Positions 21,820 through 35,429 of a stretch of 64,000 bases of DNA are shown in pieces (within the stretch, counting starts at the first letter, position 1; each line of letters opens with the position of its first letter). Both the position numbers and the translations under genes were made by a program. The stretch spans positions 557,884-621,883 of the forward strand of contig MU008180.1 of the NCBI GenBank assembly GCA_010909165.1, written 5' to 3'. The stretch is from Anthoceros angustus (Eukaryota > Plantae > Anthocerotophyta). The notes below the pieces were generated by a model, which saw nothing but the letters and a program-made list of their open reading frames with translations, was not told where the DNA came from and did no database searches.

Positions 21820-24800
21820 CATGGTCACCTCAAATGTAACATGGTGACTACCTGGCAATTTATGTGACTCTATGGTCTTGTTGTAATCACATGGCCACGG
21901 ATACTGTGCATATTCTGACAGGTGCTACTTGTCCCGATGGTCATGCACGTAGGTGGCCAGCCCGTTCTGTCCGAGTGGGCTTGGGGTCATGTCCTTGGGA
22001 TACGTGGGTAGTGGGTCACTTTCCCTATGACCCACTGCCCACTCGGGGCTGGATACATTCAGCAAGCCTGACACAAGTCGTTGTGGTGTCTGCAGACAGA
22101 GTTCTATCTCCGCTTTTGTCAGGAGCACCCGGACGTCCATGTTGGGCAAAGGACATTTGAGAAGTTGAAGCCTTTTTACGTGAAGAGTTTGCAGGAACGT
22201 AATCTTTCTTTGTAGATATCACGTAGAGATGGCATTTTAAAGGATGCTTTGAATGGCTGCGTGGTTCGATTTCGAGATTCACTCCGTGGCCATTGCCTTT
22301 GTTCTGCATGGTATGTGCCCTATCGACCACACCAAGCCTTCCATGTAATCTGCCTCCATACATGCAATCGGTGAGGGAGCTATGTGAGCGTTGTTGTGTC
22401 CAAAGGGACGGATGAAGCTGGCATGCCCTTGCATGCGAAACTTGTGACGGATGTGGGATTCCCAAGCTTTTGTTACATCCATCGAGACCTCGTAGACATT
22501 CAACCACAAGCTATTCTAAAGTGGCGTTGTTTCCGATGCAGTGGTTGGTCGAGCCGGATGGGAATGATAAGAAAGCGTATCAAGCTTGTGTTCATGGAAA
22601 CACACCCTCGAGTTTGTGTTTCACTTCAAGGTAAAGCTCAAGGAGTTTGTCTTTGCATGATTTTGTGCAGTGGCAAGGGATAGAGTTCGGTGCTTGGAAT
22701 GGTTTCCACAAGGCGTAGTTGTTTACATCATGGACTTCTCCCAGAACTATGCATTTGGTGTCTAGAATGAGATACAGTCTATGCACTGGCAAAATGATCA
22801 GGTATCAATCTTCGTGTTGGTGTTCTACCGTGGAATAGCTCTGTGGATGCGAGATGATCCTGCTGCATCCATCGAGAAATACTACCATTTTTACATTAGT
22901 GATCATGATGATCTTGTTCATGACACGCTGTTTGTGCAACATTGCTTGCTCAAGCACTGGCAATGGATGCAGGATGCAGGGTTTCCCAGACCCCGGGAAC
23001 ATTGGTGCTGGTCGGATGGGACTGCAAGCCAGTTCAAGGCATGCCGCCCAAGCTATTTCATTGCTCGCTACCCAAGCCTCACAGATGGGTGTAACATGCT
23101 CTGGTCATACTTTGGGAGTGGCCATGGGAAGGGGGAGCACGATGGTGCAGGTGCGATCTTGAAGCGATCGCTACGGGCAGCGGAGTCATCTCCGACAGCA
23201 AGGCGAATGCAGAATGCAGCGGATGTTGTGGAGTACTTGTCCGCAACCATATCGGGCGGGGCAGCAAGTTCATATGCCTCTAGGCAGCATGGGGTGTGAA
23301 GTTTTGGTTAATTGGTAAACATGAGGTAAGCAGGAGGGCCAAGCATGGTTGTGATCCTATTCACGGTTCCAAGACAATGCAACCTCTACATGGCACCAAC
23401 GCATTTGTTGATGCGGCGCTGGCATGCTTTGTGTTGGCTTAGAGCAACCATTCAAAGCGTGAAGTTCCACACCAGGCTGTTGGGCCTGTGAGGATCAAAC
23501 CTCATGCCCGAGCATTGGTCCCAGCGTAACTCGAGGCAGTAATCACGCAACATTGTTGGAGGATGCGGTCCTCCTTCCCCCTCCTCCTAATCTCGTTGAA
23601 AATGACATCGACATGATGTGTCGGACATGGCGGATGTCCTCAGTCGGGACAACTTCCTTGTACTTGCCGACCATGAAGATGAAGGTCGAGCTTTTACCTA
23701 CTTATTTGTGTATTCACACATTGCTTCACGATTCTTTGCCCATGGTCTAATGTCACTTACAAAGCGGGGATTACGTAGTGCGTCATTACACTCAAGAGGA
23801 CACACTTTTGTTGATTGTCTGAATGGATATGGACAACATGCATTCTTCCAGCCCATATTGTTCAGACATGCAAGTTTGAAATGGAGGTGCATGGACAACA
23901 TGGTGATGACCTTTTGTTTGTGCTCACAAAAGAGGCCTTACAGGTAGTGAAAGGTGTTGTGCAAGAAAGTGTACAAGATGCTTCCGTCATGGGCCCTTGA
24001 ATGTCACTTGCATACTTGTCACTGAAAGACCCAAGGATGATATGATAAATCCACTGGCTTGAAATCCATTGTGGAGCACATGAGTGTAATCGTCTCCTCC
24101 GAATTCGTATGTCTCGATTGATATCGTGCATATGCTTGGCGTGGCTAGTGTGATGTGGAACATGACCAAACACGGCGCCATGTGCATCCTGTGACCCATC
24201 GATACTTGCAGCGTCCCCATGAGCTACCTCGTGGCCATAATGTCCCAACATGTGGGTAGTGATTAATCATGGACCCACGCGTGTGTAATAGCAAGTCTTC
24301 AATGTGGCAACCTTGATGGCATCGTGTGCATCATGTCATTGAACTCAATCGTGACTTGTCTTCCCCTTGAGCCACGCGGGCATTGTGCACCAACTTGTTC
24401 TTGTCCTTTGCGTGGCTCCGGGTTCTCCGCGCCATGGCATCCGTGGTTGAGGCGGAGGGATGGTGGATGCCTTAGGCATCCGCCTCGGCACCGACTTGGT
24501 TGCGCAGCTCGCCTCGTCGAGGCACTTGCTCCCCATTCCAGTTATGCGGTGTGGCGGTGAACTATTTGCAACGCATGGCGGTAAGCGCGATACTCCGGAT
24601 GCAAGAGGAATTGTTGCTAGCGCCCTATGTGAGGGCGGGCTGCGCTGCCCGCCCTCTGTATGTGGGAGGAGGCGGCGTCTCCTCCCACCTCCTCCCGTGG
24701 ATTCGTGCGTGATGCGACATGGGCGTGGTGGATTGAGGAAGGCCAAGCGCGTCAATCCTCTTCGCAGGTAAGGCACCAATGCCATTTGTGTATTTGCTTG

Positions 24801-26369
24801 CCATCCTCGATCCACGTGAGGGTCGGGACAAGCTTAGGTCTTGCTAGGCATCGTGGTCTAGTAGTTCACGATTGTAAATGAATAGCATCTTGTGCTCCAA
24901 ATCTAGAAGTTCATGTTTGATCGATGGTCGGAATGGTGTCCTTTAGATTCAAGCTTCTTTGGATTCCATCCCTTGTGTGCGAGTTCAAAGCATTGCGTAT
25001 AATGCAACGCATTGCACATATTCGTAGTACCACGCAATGCCCGACAAGATCAACTGAGCTTTCATGTCACATCAATCTAAGCGGCTACGATGGATCGAAC
25101 TTATGAAGATAGCTTTACCAATGCGGAGGCTTAATTATTCGGTCTTAATTAATCGGTCAATTAATCAATCATGCTCAATGTTTCGGAAAGGAATTTGTGC
25201 CAGTCATTGAGTGTTACGTGAGCCTGCCGCGATCTCTCAAGCGTTGTCCAAAAGCGGTATTCAACTACATCGAGCACCACAATACCGATGTACCGCGCCT
25301 TGCCTTGTGCCCTCAAAACTCTGCGCGGAAACATTTGCCACATCGCCTTCTCTTCATGTTGCTGCCACTTCGTTAGATGCTCCAACCAGCATCGTGTGGA
25401 CCAAGCCAATACAATTGCTTCTCTTTCTTATCATCTAGCTTGTCTTTCTGCACCTTCACCATTTCGAACTTGGTGGCAACTATCATGTCAGGCGATACCA
25501 GAGTTGGCACACCACGCTTCCCAGAATCCATCAGTTGATATAGACCAGGCGTTTTGGTTCTGCTCATAATATAAAGCCCTTGCAACAGATTCTCCTGCTT
25601 CCCACGGTCCAGAACCCCATACAGTATCGGTGTAGTCCTCTTGCAAGGGCTCCCATGTCGACACGCACTTGAGAACATAGAACAAAACTTTCTCCTTGTT
25701 ATTTGGAAGTGCAAGAACCATGAAGTTATCCCCCACATCCAGCGATGCTGCATCATGTTCTACACTTGGAGGGCACTGCAAATCCTCCACTGCCACAGCC
25801 TTCTTTTTTCCACGCCCTCCCTTAGCAGGCTTTGAGACCCTACTAGAAATGGCCACCTATGTTACACTTTTTGTTAAGATTTGAACCCCCCCTTGTTGCA
25901 ATTATGTTAAAATCTTGGGGTCTTGTTACACTTATTTGGCCCCTTGTTATAGTCAGGCTTGGTAACCAACCCTCCATCTTGTTACAATTCTGATCTTGTT
26001 GCAATTTTGTTGCGATGTAGTGAGGCGGTATTTGGCCCTTTCAAAATTTCAACATATTTGCAACAACCAAAGTGTTACACCCTCTTTTATTCTGATTTTG
26101 CGAGGCTTGGTACGAACCTCCTTCCCATGTGGGTTTGCCATTATTGCTTTCATTCCTTTGTTTTCCCTGCCTTTATTGTTGTCGTGTACGGACTATAAGT
26201 ATATAATATGCCTTGGCTTCCAGTGCGTATTGCCCGATGTCATTACTCAAATACATATCGATGCCTTTTCAAATTATGTACACGTACAAGTGGTATCGTG
26301 TTGTGCACTCCGTTTTGCAATACGTGCGGCCCGCAAATTTCTGGCGTTTGTTTCCACCCTATTACTGCG

Positions 26370-29300
26370 GTGCCTTTTCACGTCACTCGTATTTCGTGCC
26401 CTTGTGGGCGTCCCGTATAGGGTACTTGTTTTGGAAACCCTTAGTCTACAAGAACAACGAAGGCGTAGTTTCGTGCACCCTACGGATAACATGCGGTTCT
26501 TTGCGCATCCACATCCAAAATTGGCGTCCTCCCTCGCCAGCGGGATGAATCTACCGGCATCCGCATCGCGGTGTCCGTGCTCCCTCCTCGCGGGAGGAAT
26601 GAACCGCAATCTCCATCCGCGACCTCCGTGCTCCCTCCTCCTCTGGAGGGTGAATTTGGGGTTGTGGTTGGCATTCTCTGTTGCCCGCCCGTTCGTTTGG
26701 TGAAGGCCTACTCCTCGTCGTATGTCACGGCGCCACCTCCCACCGGTTCGATTTTGCCCTTCCTTCCTCAAGCGGTGCTGGTTTTCCTTCCGTCTTCCTG
26801 ACTCCGCGATTCCACCTGTTTCCTGGGATTTCTGCAAGAACAGATGACCCCATGCCATTCCCATGGCCCTTGGCCTGTAAGCATAAACAGCTGGCCAGGA
26901 GTGCAGTTGCAATTTGCAGGCTTACCTTCTCGGCCTTCTCTTTGTTTTGTTTCCGCCCACTTCCTGCCTCCAGTTGCGTGCTTGTCACCGTCCCTTGGGC
27001 TGCCACAGCCCTCGACCGTGTAACTCTTCCTTCCCCATCTGCCTTGCCGGGCATTCCCCTTCCTTTCCTCTTCCGGCCTCCTCCATCCTCCATAGGTTGC
27101 GTCACCTTTTCTGGAGCCCCGCTGTGCAGGTCCATGCTCTCGGCATCTGACTCGGCCAGGTATGTGTCGGGTACAAAGTTCGCAGGCGTTCACATCTCCA
27201 TCCTCTTCCGCCACCTCCACATGCTCTTCCTCATCGTCACCATGTCGTGGCCGTCGATCTGTCCATTGGAGGCTGGATCCCGTGAGATGTCTCATTTGTC
27301 TCGCGCCTCCATTCCCTGCCCGATGGCGTTTTTGGCACCATTGCGCATGTCACCCACGGTCCCCCCTGCGCCCTCCATTGTCCATCACGCCCATCGTTGC
27401 GCCACTACCGGCCTTGATGTCATCGCCATTCCACGGATGTGTACGGCCCCATGTACAACTCACTTCGGTGGCGCCCCTCTCCCTACCATGTTCTTCGTTG
27501 CCCCGTTTTCCCGAGTCACCCACACCACCATGCCCCCTCTCGATCATGACCCGCTATGTTCGCCACAACCACGGCCGTTCGTGGTGTCGCTGGGACCACC
27601 ACCTCGCCGCCCTCGCCATAGTCGGCGATGTCGATCGCCTGCCTGGCTGCCGCACTTGTCATGTTTGCCCCACCGTGTAGCGTTTCCTCTCTCGCCCCAC
27701 CCTGTTTTGTTTGTTACATCATTTGGTGCTCCATGGCCTACCACGCCTTGATGTCCTGTCCTCCCATGGTTGATCGTTCACCTCGTGGCGTCCCTCTCCA
27801 TGTCGGGTTCCCCACGCCTTCTTGTCCCGCCATTCGTCCTTCCTTCGCACATTTGTGCGCGTTTTCTCCACCACATGCTTGTGGCTCCCTGCTGCTCGAA
27901 TGCCTTCCGCCTCACATCTAGCGCCCCTTTGTCCGGGAAGGATTGACCCATTCCACTATCCTCCTCCTTGGAAAACGAGATCGGGATCCTTCTCCAACTC
28001 TATATCATTCGACCAGCGATCCTTTCCCGCGTTATCGCAATCTCTCTGGGTTCTCATACTTTGCCTCCCTCACACGTCCCGAGGAACTCCGGCGAATCGC
28101 CCTCGCGCGCCCATAGCACTTCCATGTTTGTCGTTTCTAGCATGCCATACTGCCGTCATCTGCGGGATACGTGCCATACCGTTGTGAAACCGCAACACCC
28201 CCCCTCCCTTTCCCCACGGGTTTGGACCCATACCGCCAGCTAGTCTCTCCTTTTGCTATTTCATGCTTGGATGGTGGTCCTTTTCTCTGTCGTGCCCATG
28301 CTAAGGCATCTTCCCACTCTTCATCGTCCACCATGGAAGGTTTCCTATTGAGGTAGTTCCCTCTCTTCCCCTCGGCCTTGGCAGCATCCACACATCGGCA
28401 TTCCGTCCGTCATTTGAGAGAAATGTCTACTTATGACTTGACTCTGGAAGGCTTCCGCCACACACTTGATTAACCGGGCCTTCTCGCTTTTGGGCGTCCC
28501 TCCACCTTGTCGGTACCCCGTCGTTCACAACCTTTGTCTGACTAGCTCCAACATTTCTTCGTGTCTCCTTTGCTTAGCCCACGAACAACGGTGCCCTGCC
28601 GACGCCTTTCACAACTCATCGTTCCTCAGCCATTTCACTCCATGCTTGTGCAGCAAAGCATTCACCAAGGCCTCGTTATCAACACCATTTACGAGGGCAT
28701 TCACATCTATTGTGCCCTCCTTCCCCGCGGTTGATATGACACCTCCACCGCAACAAATTCCGCCCGCCATTCCCTTTCTAGGGCCTCTGCACCCGTCGGT
28801 CCTTCCCTGTCCTCCTCCCTCCGACCGTCGTTGCTGCATGCATACCTTCTGCATTCCCGCATTTCGTCCTCCTCTCTTACATCCAACTCCCTCCATGATC
28901 GGGCGTGGTTGTTCTCCTCTTCCACTTGATAGTTCCCATTCCCCTACTTGCCATCCATCGTCGCACATCCATTGCATTCACACAATGCACATGGAAATGA
29001 GCGTTCATCCCGGATCTGGTCTATATCGACCGTACAATGTGTTTGGCGTCACGATATCATCGTGCCACAACACACTAACACGGTCCGATTTCGCTTTCTT
29101 GGTCCATGTCCTGCGGCTCGGCTGCATTGCTCAGTCGTCGTCGTCGGGGATGGAAGGTGCCAAGTTTCGGCGTCGAACTGAACCTACACTGCCGCCATCG
29201 GCGTCCCTCCTTCACGCTTTGTTGCCTCCTTTGCGCGGCGCCTCCTCCCACCGTGCTCGCCGATTGAGCGCGGAAGGTGGATGGGGCGGATGAGGAGGAT

Positions 29301-29450
29301 AGGCAAGGCGACCTACCCCTCCTCATCCCCTCCACCTTCCCACGGTCTCCTCTCACGCCGGCGTCGACGCCTCCCGATTTGGTAGGTTTCGGCCGCATAC
29401 GGTCGACATCCTTGGCCACCTCTATCCGTCTCCGCCATTTTACGTGCATG
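26370..29450 (-). pseudogene. Probable CACTA TnpA-like second ORF, fragmented
   Basis: Coding-like fragments downstream of TnpD on the same strand (e.g. RKPSMVDDEEWEDAL; terminal PIRDAHKGTKYE resembling the Tnp1 C-terminus). Confidence 0.4.
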
Positions 29451-29699
29451 CGTTCACCTTCCTTCCCTGCAATTTTTGGCTCCCTCTGTAGGCAACCTTT
29501 TCCTTCCTTCGTCCCTCATGGCGGTGTATCGTGCACTCGTCCATACAAGGCTGGCCTTAGATTTGAAACATATGAGCCATCCTTGGCGTCCTTGAGGCAA
29601 TTCGAAACATGGCCAGCGCGCTTCTGCACTCATATCCCTTGTTCATTGACTTCCTTAGCCTACCATCGGCAGCGTCACCAATGTGCATTCGAGGCATTT

Positions 29700-32545
29700 A
29701 GTGTTCATTGTCTTTGGCACGTTTATTCGTTTCATATCGATGGAGGATTAATGTGCAAGCCCGCCATATTATGGAGGTCGGCAAACCCGTCACTTGCCGT
29801 CATCATCTCTACCCCAATTACGATCATTCCTATCCTCAATCCATGGGTTCCTACCCCTCCATCCCGTCTTTGGTGAGCCGCCCACCCGATGTTTTCATCC
29901 TCGCCGGATGTAGCATGCATTGGGTTACCAGGCCACAAATGGGCCATCGATGGGGCGCACTGTATGTGCAAAGTCTCTCCATGTTCACGGTCGAATCCGA
30001 TTTACGATGTCCATGATGGCACAGGTCCACTCGGCTCACCTTACGAACCTTAGACAGCTTGTACTCCTCCCAGTGCAGCGCAAAATTTCCTGTATGTGAC
30101 CATAAAACACTCGCTCTCCTTCACAACCTTCATCCGTCCGCTCATTAAAAATTTTGCGAGCACCGCCTTTGTCCTTAGTGCTCGGCGTCTATCTGCCTCT
30201 ATAGTTCTAAGGTGGCTGCCTTTGTTCCACATATGCCGATAAGCTCGCCTCCATTCGTGGACCGTCCATGATAGCGCGCACTTCATCATAGCCGGGTGAT
30301 TCTCCCATGCGTTGGCAGCCCTTCCTGCAGCAAACCTTGAAAGTTCGCCGTTCTCCACGGGCACCATACCTCCTGACCTCTTCCTCGTACATATCTAGAA
30401 ACGGCTGCATCACCTCCATGTGGTACAACACATACGTGTGCGCCTGCCGTGCCTCCACGGCATCCAATTTGTACGGCCTCCCACCGAGCACCTTCTCTCC
30501 GTCTCGCTCGCTCGCACTCCATAGCCCTCCAACGTGACCATAATAACGCCGCAAAAATGCCATCCCATAGTGCATGCTCTCCTCCTTCAAGTACCCCAAC
30601 GCTATACTGGCCTCCGGCCTCGCGCGCTGCCGGACAGTCCGCTTCCTCGTCCCAAGGTATCTTTCGACAGGATACATCCACCGCGTGTGCACCGGTCCGA
30701 GCACAGCTACCTCGTCCACTAGATGGATTATCAGGTGAGTGGATATATCAAACATTTTTGGAGGGAATTGCTTTTCCAGATCGCACATTACCCTCGCTGC
30801 CTCCTCTTTCATTGCTTGGATTTCATGGCCCGGTATTGTCCGCTGGCAAATCCACCTGTACAGCCGGCCTAACTTGACCACCGCCTTGTACACATCGGGG
30901 TCTATGCACCCTCGGAGGACAATCGGGAAGACTACTTCCATCATTATGTGCTCATGGCACTTGACTCCCAACCTTGCGCTCGCGATTTTGCAGCTATGTT
31001 AGATCCGTACCCGTTGGCGCTTTATGCGTTTCATTTCCATAACCCGTTTGATTCTCGACCTGGACATATGCGCCGGGGGCAATGGCCATCCTCTCTGCCA
31101 TAACCACCCTTTCCCTCCACTCGCTTCCATGTCCATCCTGAGGCTATGTCATCTCGGTCTCCACATCAGCGTATGCCAAATGGCGTTGTTTTCTCGGCGT
31201 GCATAACGTCCTTTGGTGCCCATTTCGGCAAAACCGCCCGGATGGGAGGTCTACAAACAAGGCCGACCTTCGGGTTCCAAACCGGCCTCGATGGCGCAGT
31301 CCGCCGGTCGCGTTCACTCGCCATATCTTCGATGACATCGACGAAGATGGCGGGCGGTGGGGGCGATACTCGCCACTCCATTGTACCAGCCCGCGTCATC
31401 ACCGTCCGCCGTCCGGAAGCCACCTCCTCCGCATATATTTCTTTCTTCAAGTCCGAAGAATACTGAATCCAAGTCCTCCGAATCAACACATGCACGGCCC
31501 CTCACTTGCAATCCCGTGGTCCCAAGGCTGGGTCTGCTATGACGTGCAAAATCGCTGCTCGTAGTTTGAAATGCCTGTTTGGATGGTTGACGGTTTGGAG
31601 AAGTCTTCCGTGTCCATGCCTCTCCAAAGGTGCAGTCCTCGATTAAAGGCGCCATAAAGACATCGAAATTCTGGCGATGCGGCCCAATCAACGGCATAAT
31701 CACATTCGCATCCTTTGTGCTGGCCCATGGTGGCATATTGTGCACGAACAACAAAAGCCATATGGATGTGTTTGCGACACGGCCAAATGGATTGAAGCCA
31801 TCATGCACAATGCAAACCTTACGTTTCGTTGCTCTTCCCAAAGCCGTCTACTCCATCAAGAGCTGTCTGGTGTGTACCATGATGGTCATGTCGTCCCGGC
31901 TCTGTTTCCCCACATACCATGTCATCATCTCTGTATGTGGCATTTGAAACATAGCGTGCCTTCAACGGAAAATGCCAAAGCACCTTACGGCATCTTATTT
32001 CCTCTTCCTCATCAAACCCTTCCCTAAACCGTGGTGTGTCGCATTACAGGCAATGCGTGTAGTCGTGCTCACCATATAAAACTCCCTCTCACGGGATTTT
32101 CTCGTACCTTGGCCCAAACATGTATAAAAGTGCCTTGGCCTCGTACATGTCTTTGGGCGGCGATTCGGTGGCGGAATATATTGGCATTAGCCGCAAAAGT
32201 CCTGTCATGGCGCTCGATGTCATACATTGATTGCCAAGACAACAATAAGAGTGTGGCGCTTTCCTTCGAACCATGCCCTTCGGGATGTGTACAAGGCGTT
32301 TCACGCCGCACGCATCGGCATCGCTTGCCCTCCGTTCGCCGGTCGGTTGCCGCCAACAACTCATCCACTGTGTACCCGGTGGGCAAGTCCTCACCATCCG
32401 TCTCCTCTTCCGAACTGTCTAATTCGCTGCTATCACTATTAGCATCGCTTTCGCTGTTGACGGTGCCCTCGGACATATGTGACACCGTGTCCGGCGGGGA
32501 TGCATGGTGCCCACCATACGGTTGCCCATGCCCATCGTCCTGCAA
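29700..32545 (-). pseudogene. CACTA TnpD-type transposase (Transposase_21 and DUF4218-type regions), frameshifted
   Basis: HDGFNPFG...NMPPW...DVFMAPLIE; KCHEHI; LEKQFPPKMFDISTHLIIHLVDE...GPVHTRWMYPVERYL...RPEASIALGY. Ends approximate. Confidence 0.88.
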
Positions 32546-35429
32546 TTATTGCATGGGCGGCTGCCATTAACCACAACAATTGAACCATATGGAGATCGTG
32601 AAGGTCACAATGGTCCGTACCGCTGCATTACTTGGCGCAATGAACTCGAGACGTGAGCGAATACGGCCCCGCGGCGCTGCACTCTCGGCAAGGCGAACAT
32701 GTACATGCAACATCGCATCTCGTGGCATTCTCCCGCTGCGTGACTGTGGATGACGCGGAAGAAGAAGCTGGCGGGGAGGAAGAACTTCATTAAAATGGGC
32801 GTTCCGCACTTCAAAGCGGTGAAGCCCATTAAAAGAAGTCTGCCGTGCGAAGCGGTACTTTCCACCATGGACGCGCGTGGACTCACGACTCGACCTCGTT
32901 GCCTGGGAGCAGGGGCTCGGAGGATGCGTCGGCTGCGAGCTAAAGCATCCGCAGCTATGTGTCGACAATGGAAGCCTCCGGCACCCTATGGTGTTCTCAC
33001 TGAATCAGCGTTGCGAGACATCACCGGCATGTCTCGCGCCAAATGCCACCGCCGGACTCAGGCCCGAGCCATCGAGTGGCATGGAACGGACTTGTGGGTC
33101 CGTGTTTGGATTACCGTCGAGCTCCAGCGGTGCGGGGAAGGAGTTCATGCGAGATGTCTTCCGGATGGACGCCTCGGTCGTCGCCGGCCACACCAATTCG
33201 CCCTTGGCGAGCGATGGGATAGAAAGGGATGACGGTCGATCGATATCGAGGGTTGGGGACAACGGTGGAGCAGTTACGCTCGTGGGTGACTCCACTTCGG
33301 CAACATTCAATGTCATATGTTTGGCGGACGATTACATTGGCGTGTCATGCCTTGTGTCAAGAATGCGGTGAAAGGCAAAACATTTCGGCGCGCCACCATC
33401 GCTAGTGTGCATAACCTCCTTTATCGCACTTTGTCTCTACGGCGAGCGTGGAGCTCATGCTCTCGAAATCTCGGTAGAGCTCCCAAGCGGCGCCGGAAAG
33501 CGGACACAATGGCTGCAAATCGCGTCCCATGCCGCCGTCCTCCCTCTCCTGTGTCCATGCCTCGGTGTGGATCTTCATCCACGGTGGGCGTGCATCCGAT
33601 GTGAACCCTCCACATCTGCAGTTCATTCGTCCAAAAAGCACGACTTAGCACAACATCTCCGACGTGCACGGCCTTTGCAGAATTTCAGTTCGGTCTCGGT
33701 GTGCCTCTTCTTCCTGGAGTCCCCTCGGCCGAGGGGTTGCTGCGCCAGCGAGCCCCGCCTCTGCGCATTCAACCCATCGATTTCCTCTTTCCTTCGCCTC
33801 ACGGGGGCGGCCTCGGACGTCGCCCTCGGCTCCCCGTCTTCCCTTTGGACCTCCCCCGTCCTTTCTTTCTGCGGCTGCGGATATGAACTCCTTCCTTTCC
33901 TAACGGGTCCATGTGCGCGACACATTCCGACTCGGTTCCTTTTAGAGCGGTGTGACCTTACGTTTTTGGGCAATGTGCGGAATTAGTAGCCTTTGTTTAA
34001 TTCATGTCCATCCTCACTAAGACCGGCACAATCGGAATTGAAGGCAATCATGACCCACGTAACACGGAAATGTCATGTGCGGTTGCTGTGGTGTCTGCGA
34101 GCGGTATGGAGGCACCACTCCATACCCTCCATTCCGCCAACCCACCTCACAGCGTTTCTTTATTTCCAGCCACCTTTGAAGTGTACAGATTCCATTGGAA
34201 AGGACATTCCGGCAAGGCGTTCCACATTACCTGCACGCACCTCGAGGTGTACACCTCCCTCCCTCCACCCGGCATGTACCTATGAAGAGGCAGTACGGCC
34301 CGAGGGAGCGAGGACCGTGCATAAGTCCTTGATGGCAGGAGAGCAACCTTCCGTCTGTCGCCGGGGCAATGGACGGAGAGCAACCTTCCGCATCGCCCTG
34401 ATGGCCATCGTCGTGACCGCTGCCGGTCCAATCCTTCATAGCCATACTCGGTGCCTATGGAGCCCACAACCTCCGCAGCAATGTTGAAGGAAGATAGTTG
34501 AGCACGGAAGGAAAAGGCGGCCGCATGCGGAACCAAAACTATTGAACGCAATGAGTGAAAGGGAATCCCGCGACACCTTGGGCGGCACAGGTCATGGACG
34601 CTTTCCACACACAAACTAACCCCGGCGAGATCCGGCAGTGGTGGCACGAACTCAAGGCGTTGGGAGGCTTCCACTTGGCCATTGGAACGGGGTTCCAAAA
34701 GGCGAGGATACACACGGTTGGCACACGGGTCCATGACCGCCAGCCAGTTCGTGGAGGTGTCCAAAGTGCAAGCCAGCGTATGCCCAACCCATTCATGTAG
34801 GAAGGTGTCAACCGGGCAATACATCTGGCGGTCACACGTGGACACTAGGGCTCGGGCATACCGTGCCAAGGCGGGGGCGCGGGGGAGGAGCAGGTGGAGG
34901 CAGCGGGGTGGGGAGGGGTGGAGGGGATGTGGGGTTCACGGTAGGCCTCAAACCGAGGAGGAGACTTAAGCAAGAGCTGGAGCTTTTCATCACGTGAGTT
35001 CAGTTAAAGCAAATCTCGGGAGAAGAGCCGATTTCTACACGCAATGTTGGGAACATCGGTTTACGGTTGGGAGAATCTGCGATATCGACCGTCCGCAAAC
35101 TTGCGAGGCGAGCATTGGCAGACGGCCGACAAGCCTGCCCGCCATGGCGACCTTTGGCGGTGGTGTCGCCCGGATGGCGTGAGTAGCGGGGTTTTTCGCA
35201 TAACGCTAATTACCCGTACATCGAACAATACGGTATAAACCTTGACAATGGTGCAATGAGATGGATGCCTAGGATCATGGCGACCACCCCAAGTGCACGG
35301 TAATTGTGGTATGATGACACATATTCATTTCACACCACGCTATCCACGATGCACACCCGTTTGCAGGTGCCTCACAAGGGTGCCTTTGCGAAACGTCTCG
35401 TGGTCACCGGGATTGTCTTTGGTCCATGA

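Larger units (their letters stand above)
17572..24000 (+). pseudogene. Sola2-like DDD transposase (frameshifted as assembled; intron ~18338-22095 contains a Copia element)
   Basis: RKTRSD...VIVRFWE...NTKD | TEFYLRFCQEHPDVHVGQRTFEKLKPFYVK...CRYHVE; catalytic motifs MDFSQNY...EIQSMHW, WSDGTASQFK and WSYFGSGHGKGEHDGAGAILKR. Start approximate. Confidence 0.75.
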
